Both the position numbers and the translations under genes were made by a program. A stretch of 64,000 nt of DNA from Eledone cirrhosa. Taxonomy: Eukaryota. Under the pieces are notes generated by a model. It did not search any database. It worked only from the letters and a program-made list of their open reading frames with translations, and was not told the DNA's origin. Where the stretch lies: NCBI GenBank assembly GCA_964016885.1, contig OZ024742.1, positions 250,728,001 to 250,792,000 of the forward strand. The letters run 5' to 3'. Below, one piece after another: positions 54,681 through 64,000 of this stretch (within the stretch, counting starts at the first letter, position 1; each line of letters starts with the position of its first letter).

Positions 54681-55394
54681 GGAAGATACAGGATTATCTG
54701 CTGAAGAACTTAGGCAGTTAATATTGGATCATATGAAATGGAAAGGTTTTATCATGTTACAACAAAGAAGTGGATGAATTTAGTAGTTAGTAAAAGAGGT
54801 ATTGGTATTAACTACACTAACAAAAACATCAGTAAGTTTCCTTACCATAGAGAATTTAACTAAACAGATTGTAATAACCAAATCTAAAATAACCCTATCT
54901 AAATTTTACTCTGTGTTTTATTTATTGTCATTGGATAAGCTAATCTAACTGGAAACTTAATTCTTTGTTAACAGATCGCAGTTAATTATACTCAAGTGCA
55001 TATGTTAAATAATTGATGATTAAAAAAACTTAACTACAGTCTCTGCTTTTCCCTCCTAACCACCACCAGCTATAGTTCTGAGTATGTCATGTGTGTGCGT
55101 GTTTGATTGTCAGTAACATACAGTAAATAAATGGCCTTTTCCTTCTTCTAATTTATAACATTACTACTTTGATCTCTCCTCAATACAGGTAAATAGCAAA
55201 CTTTTTCTTTTGCCTCACACTACTACTGTCTTTCTCTCTTCAACATTCATATTCTTCTCCCTCTCTCTATCCACTCACTATTACTGTTACATCTCCCATC
55301 AAAACTTTCTTTCTTGCCTTCTGAACCCCACAACCCTGTTACATACATACAATTATAATATTTATATTAATAATATTTATATTGATAATAGTGA

Positions 55395-55792
55395 AGACAC
55401 ATGACTTAGTGGTTAGGGCATTGGGCTTGCAATCGAAAGGTTGTGAGTTCAATTCTCAGACCGAGTGATGTGTTGTTTCCTTGAGCAAGACACTTTATTT
55501 TACATTGCTCCAGTTTACTCAGCTGTAGAAATGAGATGATAAGACTGGGGTTCCTATCATTCCACTGCAAAGTGGTCGTGGAGGTGCCACAGAAAGAAAG
55601 CACCCAGCCGACACTGTAAATGAGGTTGGTGTTAGGAAGGGCATCCAGCTGTAGAAATCAAGCCAGAATCAGTTCCTGTATGATCAAGACAAGGTCAACC
55701 GACCGGGCACTGCCCACAACAGGACAACCCGTCTAACCCATGCTAGTGTGGAAGAACGGACGTAAAACGGTGATGATGATGATGATGATGAT
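55395..55792 (+). mobile_element. Full-length SINE family B (tRNA head, core-like domain, RTE tail with (GAT)n)
   Basis: CATGACTTAGTGGTTAGGGC A-box, GAGTTCAATTC B-box, CCTTGAGCAAGACACTTT, and a 3' tail homologous to the RTE 3' UTR. Confidence 0.88.
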
Positions 55793-55970
55793 AATAATTG
55801 TTTCTACTTTTGGCACAAGGCCAGTACATTACTGGTACTTTATTTTATCGACCCCGTAAGGATGAAAGGCAAAGTTAACCTCGGCGGGATATGAACTCAG
55901 ATCGTAAAGGGACGTAACTCTATGCTAGAAAGCATGTCAGACCCTCTACCGTTGCTGCCAATTCACCGAT
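55793..55970 (-). mobile_element. SINE family A inserted in the tail of the family-B SINE
   Basis: Reverse complement of the family-A sequence, flanked by GATGAT/AAT repeats. Confidence 0.85.
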
Positions 55971-56386
55971 GATGATGATAATAATAAGGGTGGGGCAGGG
56001 TTGACTATATATTGGATTGATGGGATGTTGTTAAATAGATGTGTTGGTGTGTGGAGTGGGGTGCTGTATGATACTGTGTGAGTGTGTGGCTCAGGTTGTG
56101 TTTGCGACTGTGTGTATGTGTGTAGCTGTGAGGCTGTGTTTGACTGTATGCATGTGAGAGAGTGTGTGTGTGTATTGTTGTGAGGTTATATATGAATGTG
56201 TGTGTCTGTGTGTGTCTGTGTGTGTTTGTATGTAACATGATCCAACTGTAGGTATATTTTAGGGAGCTGGGTATATATATATATATATATGTGTGCATAT
56301 ATAGACCATAAACAGTAAGGAGTTACTTCACAACTGTCTCTGTACATCATATCATAGGTGAGAGGCAGGAAGGGAGTGTGTGTGTA

Positions 56387-56445
<59 letters not shown>

Positions 56446-56583
56446 CATAAATAGTGAGTAGCTAATACATAACTGTCTCCATACATCATCTAATAGGAGA
56501 GGGGAGGGAGTAATGTAGACTATGTGCCTTGTATATATATATATATATACACAGCTGCATATACACACAGTATACATACATAT

Positions 56584-56635
<52 letters not shown>

Positions 56636-57061
56636 TTATATGTATATATATATATATATATATACATATAAATATGTATGTATACTGTGTGTATATGCAG
56701 CTGTGTAGTTTATCACACCTCCATTTCACCTCCACCACACTCGCATCTCTCAGCTTCAAATACTACCCCCCCCACACACACACACACACACAAATTTATA
56801 CCCCCAAACAACCCAATAGTGGAAGCTACTGTTTGTCAGCACAGAGGGTGCCCTCCCCTCACCCTAAGGTATGGGGGGGGGGGGGGGTCACTGTGTGTGG
56901 GTGTGTCCTTACAATACTCAATGTACAGGTCAGTACACATTCAGCTGACTTGATAAAACAGTTGAACCATGTGTGTCTGTGTACATATACGCACACTTGT
57001 ATATCTATATACATATCTACACATACACACAGATATACCTACATATATATATATACACACA

Positions 57062-57185
57062 TTATCATCATCACCCTTTTACATCCGTTCTTCCACGCTA
57101 GCATGGGTTACACGGGTTGTCCTGTTGTGGGCAGTGTCCGGTCGGCTGACCTTGTCTTGCTCATATGGGAACTGATATGTAACCA
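57062..57185 (-). mobile_element. RTE-type tail fragment
   Basis: Reverse complement of 55670-55780. Confidence 0.8.
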
Positions 57186-57186
57186 T

Positions 57187-57218
<32 letters not shown>

Positions 57219-60200
57219 GAGACTGCGGAATCCTGGAGAGTGGAGGTGAGAGAGAGAAAAATCTGGACGCTCAGCGACAATGCCAAAGATAAAGACAAAT
57301 TCACCTCTTGGACGAGAATGCGAGCACTCCTCATTGTTTCGACCGCGGACGGCTAACATAACCCCATCGCCCCCCGCCCCTCACCGCCCCCAACCCCCAA
57401 ACGCAATCCAAAACTTCAGAGTTGGTACCATAAATGTAGGCACCCTAAAGGGTCGCGCTAACGAGGTTGTAGAAATGCTTGAACGTAAGGAGGGCGATGT
57501 TTGTTGTATTCAAGAGACCAGGTGGAGGGGTGGGTCTGCTAGGTTCATTGAGGGTAAAAAACGATGTTATAAGCTTTTCTGGGTGGGAAACGACGATGGG
57601 CTGGGTGGAGTAGGAATCATGGTAGCAGAAAAGTGGGCAGATAAGATAATAGACGTAAATAGAGTGAACGACAGAATAATTAAAATACGACTTGTCCTCA
57701 ATAGAACTACGGTGACAGTAATATCTGCGTACGCACCCCAATCGGGACTGCCCGGCACTATAAAAGACAGATTCTATGAGACACTGATGCTAACTACCTC
57801 CCAAATATCCGACAGTGACTATATAATTATCGCAGGCGACCTAAATGGTCACGTTGGACAACATTGTGACGGCTACGACGAAATCCATGGAGGCTATGGG
57901 TTTGGTACTAGAAATGAGGAAGGCTCCAGAATCCTGGAATTCTGTGATGCAAATAACCTAACTATCTGCAACACTAACTTCAAAAAACGTGACAATCACC
58001 TGATCACCTATAGATCCGGGGAACACACAAGCCAGGTAGATTATATCCTTACCAGAAGACGTGACAGAGTGTCTGTTGTAAACACTAAATCCCTCCCCCA
58101 TGAAGAATGCACCTCCCAACATAGACTGATAATTAGCGACCTCATAGTCAGGACGAGACGTACTCGACAACAGAAGAGGACTATCCTCAGGAGGAAAATA
58201 TGGAAGCTAAAGGACCCCACAGCCAGGAATAAATTTCAAAGCATATTACTTGATGCTTTCGACAGTAAGGAAGAACATTTAGAGTCGGACATTATAGAGG
58301 GAGAGTGGGAATTTCTGAAAGCAAACCTGCTGTTGGCGACAGACGAAGTCTGTGGCTGGAGCAGGCCTGTAGGCAGGAGGAGAGTAACATGGTGGTGGAA
58401 CAGTAAGGTGGAGGGGTCAATTAAGGCCAAAAAGCAGGCTTGGAAAGTATGGCGGGATGGGGGAAGTAGAGAGGACTATCAAGTGGCCAGGAGGGAAGCT
58501 AGGAGACAAGTGTACTTAGCAAGAAGGGAAGCTGAGGAAAGAAAGTTCAAGCATGTTCTACAACGCGATGACCAAAAACGTGAGGTGTTCAGGATTGCTA
58601 GGCAATGCGTCAAGGAAAACCGTGATATTGTCGGGGAGAAGTGTGTACTAAACGACGATGGCACACTTGCCATCACCGACGCTGATAAGAAGGTAGCTTG
58701 GAAGTGTCACTATGAAAGGCTACTAAATGAGGAGAATAATTGGGAGAAAGGCAGTCTCCCCCATATCGACCCAATAGAGGGACCAGCAGTGTTAGTCGAG
58801 GGGAGTATAATAAGTAAGGCAATCAAGGATATGAAGACGGGTAAAGCGGCTGGGCCTTCGGAAATAGTTGCTGAGATGCTGAAGGCATCTGGCACGGTGG
58901 GACACACCATGGTCACCCGCATAGTTAACCAAGTCGTACAGAATGGGGTTGTTCCGAAGGACTGGCATAGCAGCATCATCGTTAACTGTTATAAGGGTAA
59001 AGGAGACGCCCTAGATAGGAGTAACTATAGAGGCATTAAATTAATCAACCAGGTCATGAAGGTCACGGAAAAAGTAATAGCGCAACTAATCAGAGAGAGA
59101 ATTGACCTAGATGAAATGCAGTTCGGGTTTGTGTCAGGCAAAAGTACCACAGATGCTCTTTTCATAGTACGACAACTACAGGAGAAGTACCTAGCTAAAG
59201 GTAAACCCCTCTACTTAGCTTTTGTCGACTTGGAGAAAGCCTTCGACAGAGTCCCCCGCTCCATTATCTGGTGGGCTCTTAGAAAACTAGGCGTTGACGA
59301 ATGGCTTGTGAGGGCTATACAAGCCATGTATAAAGAAACAGTCAGCAAGGTTAGAATTAACAACGAATATAGTGAAGAGTTTAGCGTAAAAGTTGGCGTC
59401 CATCAGGGCTCTGTTCTCAGCCCACTACTATTTATTATTGCCCTTCAGGCTATAACAGAGGAGTTCAAGACAGGCTGCCCATGGGAACTCCTATACGCAG
59501 ACGACCTGACACTCATAGCGGAATCAATGGCCGAGCTAGAGAAGAAATTCCAAACATGGAAGCACGGCCTAGAGTCAAAAGGACTTAAAATTAACCTGGC
59601 TAAGACCAAAGTACTAGTTTGTAGGAAAGAAAACAAGGCGGCGGTCCCTTCTGGGAAATGGTCGTGCTCGGTGTGTAGGAAAGGCGTAGGTAGAAACTCC
59701 ATTTTATGTCCTAAATGCAAAGTATGGGTGCATAAAAGATGTAGTGGGATCACAGGTAAGCTAACTAAGAACATAGATTTTACATGTGGCCGGTGCTCTG
59801 GTGCAATAAGTAGCAGCAAGTGCCCACAAAATACTAGCTCTTTCAATTGCGCAGAGGGTTCTATAGAAATAGTGGACAGCTTCCGTTACCTGGGCGATAA
59901 AATCAGCAGTGGGGGAGGGTGCTCTGAAAGTACTGTAGCTAGAGTCAGAACTGGTTGGAAAAAGTTCAGAGAGCTTATACCACTATTAGCTGCTAAAGGG
60001 TTCTCACTAAAAATGAAAGGCAGGTTGTACGATGCCTGCATACGAACAGCAATGCTGCATGGCAGCGAGACCTGGGCATTGTGTGCAGAGGATATACGCA
60101 GACTAGAGAGGAACGAAGCTTGCATGCTCCGCTGGATGTGTAACAGTAATATACGTGAACGGCAAAGCATAAACGAACTAAGGAAAAAATTAGAGATAAG

Positions 60201-60845
60201 AGGGATCAGATGTTGTTTACTCGAGAGAAGGCTACGTTGGTATGGACACGTGATGCGCATGAAAGTCGATAGCTGTATAACAAAGTGCAGGGCAATAAAG
60301 ATAGACGGTAGTCATGGAATAGGCAGACCTAGAAAAACCTGGGACGAGCTGATAAACTCCGACATCACACACTTACACCTCTCCAAGACAATGTCACTGG
60401 ACCGAGACCTTTGGCGGTACTCAGTAACAGAGAAGACCCGCCTTACCTAAATATATAGTAAAACCTACTCCAGCCAGTAGGCATCTCTAACAAAATACAC
60501 CCCGTCCCACCACCACCACCCGATCCACACCACCCCGTTCTATGTAAAGTTATGTTGGTGCCGCGCCATCGAGGCCGAAACAAATGAGATCGTGTAGGTG
60601 TCACGACAAAAAAACACACAGTCCACGCTGTAATGTGGCCGTGTAGGCAACACGGTAAAAACCTCCCAGACCCACACTGTAAATGTGGTTGGTGTTAGGA
60701 AGGGCATCCAACTGTAGAAAACCTGCCAGACAGTCCTATGCGAGCAAGACAATCACTCTTGCCTCAAGTGGGACTACCCCCGTCCAAACCCATGCAAGCG
60801 TGGAACACGGACGTTAAACGTTGATGATGATGATGATGATGATGA

Positions 60846-60849
<4 letters not shown>
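57219..60849 (+). mobile_element. Apparently intact RTE-clade LINE (~3.6 kb) inserted in (TA)n
   Basis: ~60-bp leader, single 1056-aa ORF, ~380-bp 3' UTR, (GAT)n tail, (TA)n on both sides. Confidence 0.95.
57280..60450 (+). CDS. RTE LINE ORF: APE endonuclease, reverse transcriptase and PHD-like zinc finger
   Basis: GTINVGTL, CIQETRW, SAYAPQ, AGDLNGHVG, QVDYIL, SQHRL (APE); NYRGIKL, QFGF, FVDLEKAFD, GVHQGS, LLYADD (RT; YADD at 59494-59505); C4HC3 at 59659-59796; no stops. Confidence 0.97.
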   Translation: MPKIKTNSPLGRECEHSSLFRPRTANITPSPPAPHRPQPPNAIQNFRVGTINVGTLKGRANEVVEMLERKEGDVCCIQETRWRGGSARFIEGKKRCYKLFWVGNDDGLGGVGIMVAEKWADKIIDVNRVNDRIIKIRLVLNRTTVTVISAYAPQSGLPGTIKDRFYETLMLTTSQISDSDYIIIAGDLNGHVGQHCDGYDEIHGGYGFGTRNEEGSRILEFCDANNLTICNTNFKKRDNHLITYRSGEHTSQVDYILTRRRDRVSVVNTKSLPHEECTSQHRLIISDLIVRTRRTRQQKRTILRRKIWKLKDPTARNKFQSILLDAFDSKEEHLESDIIEGEWEFLKANLLLATDEVCGWSRPVGRRRVTWWWNSKVEGSIKAKKQAWKVWRDGGSREDYQVARREARRQVYLARREAEERKFKHVLQRDDQKREVFRIARQCVKENRDIVGEKCVLNDDGTLAITDADKKVAWKCHYERLLNEENNWEKGSLPHIDPIEGPAVLVEGSIISKAIKDMKTGKAAGPSEIVAEMLKASGTVGHTMVTRIVNQVVQNGVVPKDWHSSIIVNCYKGKGDALDRSNYRGIKLINQVMKVTEKVIAQLIRERIDLDEMQFGFVSGKSTTDALFIVRQLQEKYLAKGKPLYLAFVDLEKAFDRVPRSIIWWALRKLGVDEWLVRAIQAMYKETVSKVRINNEYSEEFSVKVGVHQGSVLSPLLFIIALQAITEEFKTGCPWELLYADDLTLIAESMAELEKKFQTWKHGLESKGLKINLAKTKVLVCRKENKAAVPSGKWSCSVCRKGVGRNSILCPKCKVWVHKRCSGITGKLTKNIDFTCGRCSGAISSSKCPQNTSSFNCAEGSIEIVDSFRYLGDKISSGGGCSESTVARVRTGWKKFRELIPLLAAKGFSLKMKGRLYDACIRTAMLHGSETWALCAEDIRRLERNEACMLRWMCNSNIRERQSINELRKKLEIRGIRCCLLERRLRWYGHVMRMKVDSCITKCRAIKIDGSHGIGRPRKTWDELINSDITHLHLSKTMSLDRDLWRYSVTEKTRLT

Positions 60850-60936
<87 letters not shown>

Positions 60937-61419
60937 AGGGAGGAGACCAGTGGTTACATCTAAAGTACACACCCACTGATGTATTGAGAGTAGAGGGGGA
61001 CTGGAGACATGCATATAGCTCCATTAAGTCCAGGTGTGGTGTGAGTGTGGGTGACCACATCAAAACATTTCTATAACAATACTGAGACACATAGGTAACA
61101 CTGGAAGCCAATAATGCTGGTGCTCCAGCATGACTGCAGTCTAATGACTAAAACCAGTAAAAGAATGTAAAAGAAAGAATATGGTGGTAGAGGGAACATT
61201 ATAGGATTATTTGTAAATTGTATATACAGCTTGTACAGTGAAGGGACATTCCCTTCACCAGCTATCAACTTGAGATCCACCACCAATGCCTCCACCATTC
61301 CACCAGCAAATTGGCAGAGTCATTAAAACATTAGATTAACTCTTTTGGTACCAACTGCCTCAAAAAACCCTCTGCCTCTATAAAATAAGACCACCCATTT
61401 TAAAGTTCTTCTACTTCTT

Positions 61420-62240
61420 CACCCACTTGTTCTTGGGAGGGTCGTGTGGGCAGAGTCCTCAAACACTCCTTCCAGTGGGTCCTCTCAGAAGCAACCATCA
61501 CCAACTGATCTGGCTGGAAATAACCAAGCAAGAGCAGCCAAGCTCTTGGGTGGTATCCAACCATCTTGCTCAGGGTTTACACCTGTGTCTCCTACTGGTT
61601 GGCTTTGCCTGTAAAATCTGTCCTGCGATTCATACCCGAGATATTCTAACCACATGTCCAGAGTATCGGAGCTGTGATCTCTCAATTCGGAGAAGTAGTG
61701 GTTCTACCTGGAGTGACTCTCTGAACTACACACTCTACTCCAAAGACCCTTCGGCGGAATCCTATTTCGGTTGCTTGTATTCATGACCACATTCTTTCGG
61801 TCATTACCCAAGGTTCATGACCATAGGTAACAGTTGGCGCAAATACCAAATTGAAGGTAGCAAGTTTGGCTTTTACACCTACCTCGCTTCTGATTACTGA
61901 ATGCTAAAGCTTCCAGTACCAGCTACTGCAATTCTTGCAGTTAATTCAGCCTCCTGCCTTCCAGCCCTTGTGAATATGGCACCGAGATACATGAACTTCT
62001 CTACCTGCTTCAGTAGAACTCCATTCACGTGTAGAGTGCACTGCACAGGCTTCCTTGAGAAGACAAGTGTTTCAGTTTTCGCAGCATTGATTTTCATTCC
62101 AGCCATGTAGCACTTTGTATCAAACCTATTGAGTGCATTTTGGAGATCACCTTCTGTCGAGTTAAGCAACACCATGTCATCTGCAAATTCCAGCTGACTG
62201 ATTTTACACCCGCCAATCATTATACCACTTCCAACCCATT
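61420..62240 (-). mobile_element. Degraded RTE fragment, second family
   Basis: ISQLEFADDMVLL...MKINAAKTETLV...LKQVEKFMYLG; homologous to 28225-29198. Confidence 0.85.
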
Positions 62241-62327
62241 TTAAAGTTTCCCACTTGGATTAAAATAGTCCAACATAATTTGATATAAGAACCTTCTGTT
62301 ATGTTACAAATATCATCTTAATAATGA

Positions 62328-62511
62328 AATAATTGTTTCTACTTTTGGCACAAGGCCAGCAATTACCCAGTGTATTACTGGTACTTTATTTTATCGACCC
62401 CGTAAGGATGAAAGGCAAAGTTAACCTCGGCGGGATTTGAAGTCAGAATTGCAAGGGCCGTAACTCGATACGTCAAAGCATAACGTCCGACCCTCTACCG
62501 ATACTGCCAAA
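62328..62511 (-). mobile_element. SINE family A
   Basis: Reverse complement of the family-A sequence; AATGAAATAAT occurs on both sides (probable TSD). Confidence 0.85.
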
Positions 62512-62839
62512 TGAAATAATGATTTTAGTAAATCCCTCCAAATACAGTGTATTTCATCAGAAATATTGTCACAAATGTGTTTACACTTGATACTATAGAT
62601 TTTCAACTTTTATTTAAATTAAATTCTTCCAACAAAATTTTATATAAGAACCATGTTAAGTTACTATCGTAGTAATGAAATTATTTTAGTAAATCCTTCC
62701 AAATTGTTCATTAATTTATTGTAATTGAGAATATTTCATTAAAAATATAGCCATGAAAGGGTTAAATGTTTTGCAGTATTTCTTCTAATTTTTCATGATA
62801 TGTACATGTATATATATATATATGTATATTATGCTGGTA

Positions 62840-63130
62840 CCACAAAACATCCAGCCCATACTTTAAAGTGATCATGTAGGGGTCACAGCAAAAAGCACCC
62901 AGCCCACACTGTAAAGTGGACATGAAAAAGACACGGCAAAAAGCACTCAACACACACTGTCAATGTGGTTGGCATTAGGAAGAGCATCCAGCCATAGAAA
63001 ACCAACCAGAAAGAATCCTATATGAGCGAGACACAATCACCTGATCCAACTTGCCTTTAAATGGGACAAACACGTCTAACCCATGCTAGCATGGAAGATA
63101 GACATTAATCAATGATGATGATGATGATAA
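62840..63130 (+). mobile_element. Older RTE 3' UTR copy
   Basis: CACACTGT..TGTGGTTGGCATTAGGAAG.GCATCCAGCC...CCCATGCTAGCATGGAA...(TGA)n. Confidence 0.75.
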
Positions 63131-63769
63131 TGATAACTTCCAAAACCATCAAGGTTAACTTTGCCTCTCATCGTTTCAGGGATCACTAAAGAAAGCGCCA
63201 GTCCAGGGCAAATGTATTGGTGGAATTGTTAGAGCATTGTTTGTGTGTTGTGTTGTTTGGTGCAGAATGTGTGTGTGGAGGGAGTGGGGTATCATCTTAA
63301 ACCTATTTTTCCATGCTTGCAGGGGTTAGAGATGTCTTTTCCAGTACAGCTTCCTTCTACTTATTGCATTCCTTCGTTATCATCTCTGTGAGGTTAATTG
63401 CTTTTAGATCAACTCACACTACATCTTCCCAGGTCTTCTTCTGTCTTACTCTACTGCATCTTCATTCCACTTGGATCTCTTGGCACTTCTTCACCCAGAA
63501 ATCATATTTATGTAACATGTCATTATCTAATACATGTGGGGGGGGGGGTTGTGAATGAGTATTTGTGTGAGTGTGTAAGCACAGTTTTGAAATTTTTTTA
63601 AGAGAAAGACAATATTGAGATTGGTGTGAATATGTGTTTGTGTGTGTGAGAGTGAGGAGAGAGAGAGGGGTCTAATTAAAAGTTAAAGATAATAGAGAAG
63701 ATGGCAAAGAGCCAAAGATGGTACAGAATAGACACTATGTTGAAACATCAACATAGTTAGAGTGGACAA

Positions 63770-63990
63770 TAACAAAAACAACCATAACAGCAACCACAAC
63801 AACAGTAACAACAATAACCACAATAGCAACAACCACAGTAGTAATAACCATGAAAACAACTACTACAACAACAGTAACAACAATAACCACAACAGCAAGA
63901 ACCACAGCAGTAACAACCATGAAAACAACTACTACAGCAACAGTAACAACAATAACTACAACAGCAACAACCACAGCAGTAACTACTCAT
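63770..63990. repeat. (ACA/GCA/GTA) low-complexity repeat with a ~75-bp internal duplication
   Basis: AACCATGAAAACAACTACTAC occurs twice, 72 bp apart. Confidence 0.8.
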
Positions 63991-64000
63991 CACCCTGTCA

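Noticed and set aside
55140-55195. Plus-strand AG|GTAAAT juxtaposition (also 34815-34830 +, and 49065-49085 -)
   Set aside because: Interrupted pyrimidine tracts and weaker donors; far less convincing than the 20813 site.
55395-55470. tRNA gene-like sequences (also 12845-12918 and the family-A heads)
   Set aside because: A/B boxes run directly into SINE bodies; no proper acceptor stem or terminator.
57445-60260. Several antisense ORFs within the RTE (and within the CR1/L2 element)
   Set aside because: Shadow frames of the retrotransposon coding strand.
63735-63993. Cys-rich or Val-rich ORFs resembling keratin-associated or metallothionein proteins
   Set aside because: Antisense translation of an (ACA/GCA/GTA) low-complexity repeat.

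Overview
AT-rich, CpG-depleted animal genomic DNA, dominated by microsatellites, SINEs and LINE fragments. The SINE types point to a coleoid cephalopod, probably Octopus (inference from remembered repeat families). No host protein-coding exon can be called with confidence, and the window reads like the inside of a very long intron. The only long genuine ORF is an intact RTE-clade LINE (57280-60450; APE endonuclease, RT and a C4HC3 PHD-like finger), whose 3' tail is shared with many local SINEs. Also present are a disrupted CR1/L2-type LINE, several RTE fragments, two R4/Dong-like endonuclease fragments, Helitron ends, MITEs and minisatellites. The most notable non-obvious signals are: (i) a textbook-like minus-strand recursive splice site at ~20813 with a 46-nt cryptic exon; (ii) a set of minimal type-I hammerhead ribozymes from several unrelated Penelope-like repeats; (iii) three long fold-back hairpins, including a perfect 216-bp palindrome; (iv) a CpG-retaining island at ~44-45.3 kb. 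Almost all other entries in the ORF track are microsatellite artefacts. Repeat boundaries are read by eye and are approximate.
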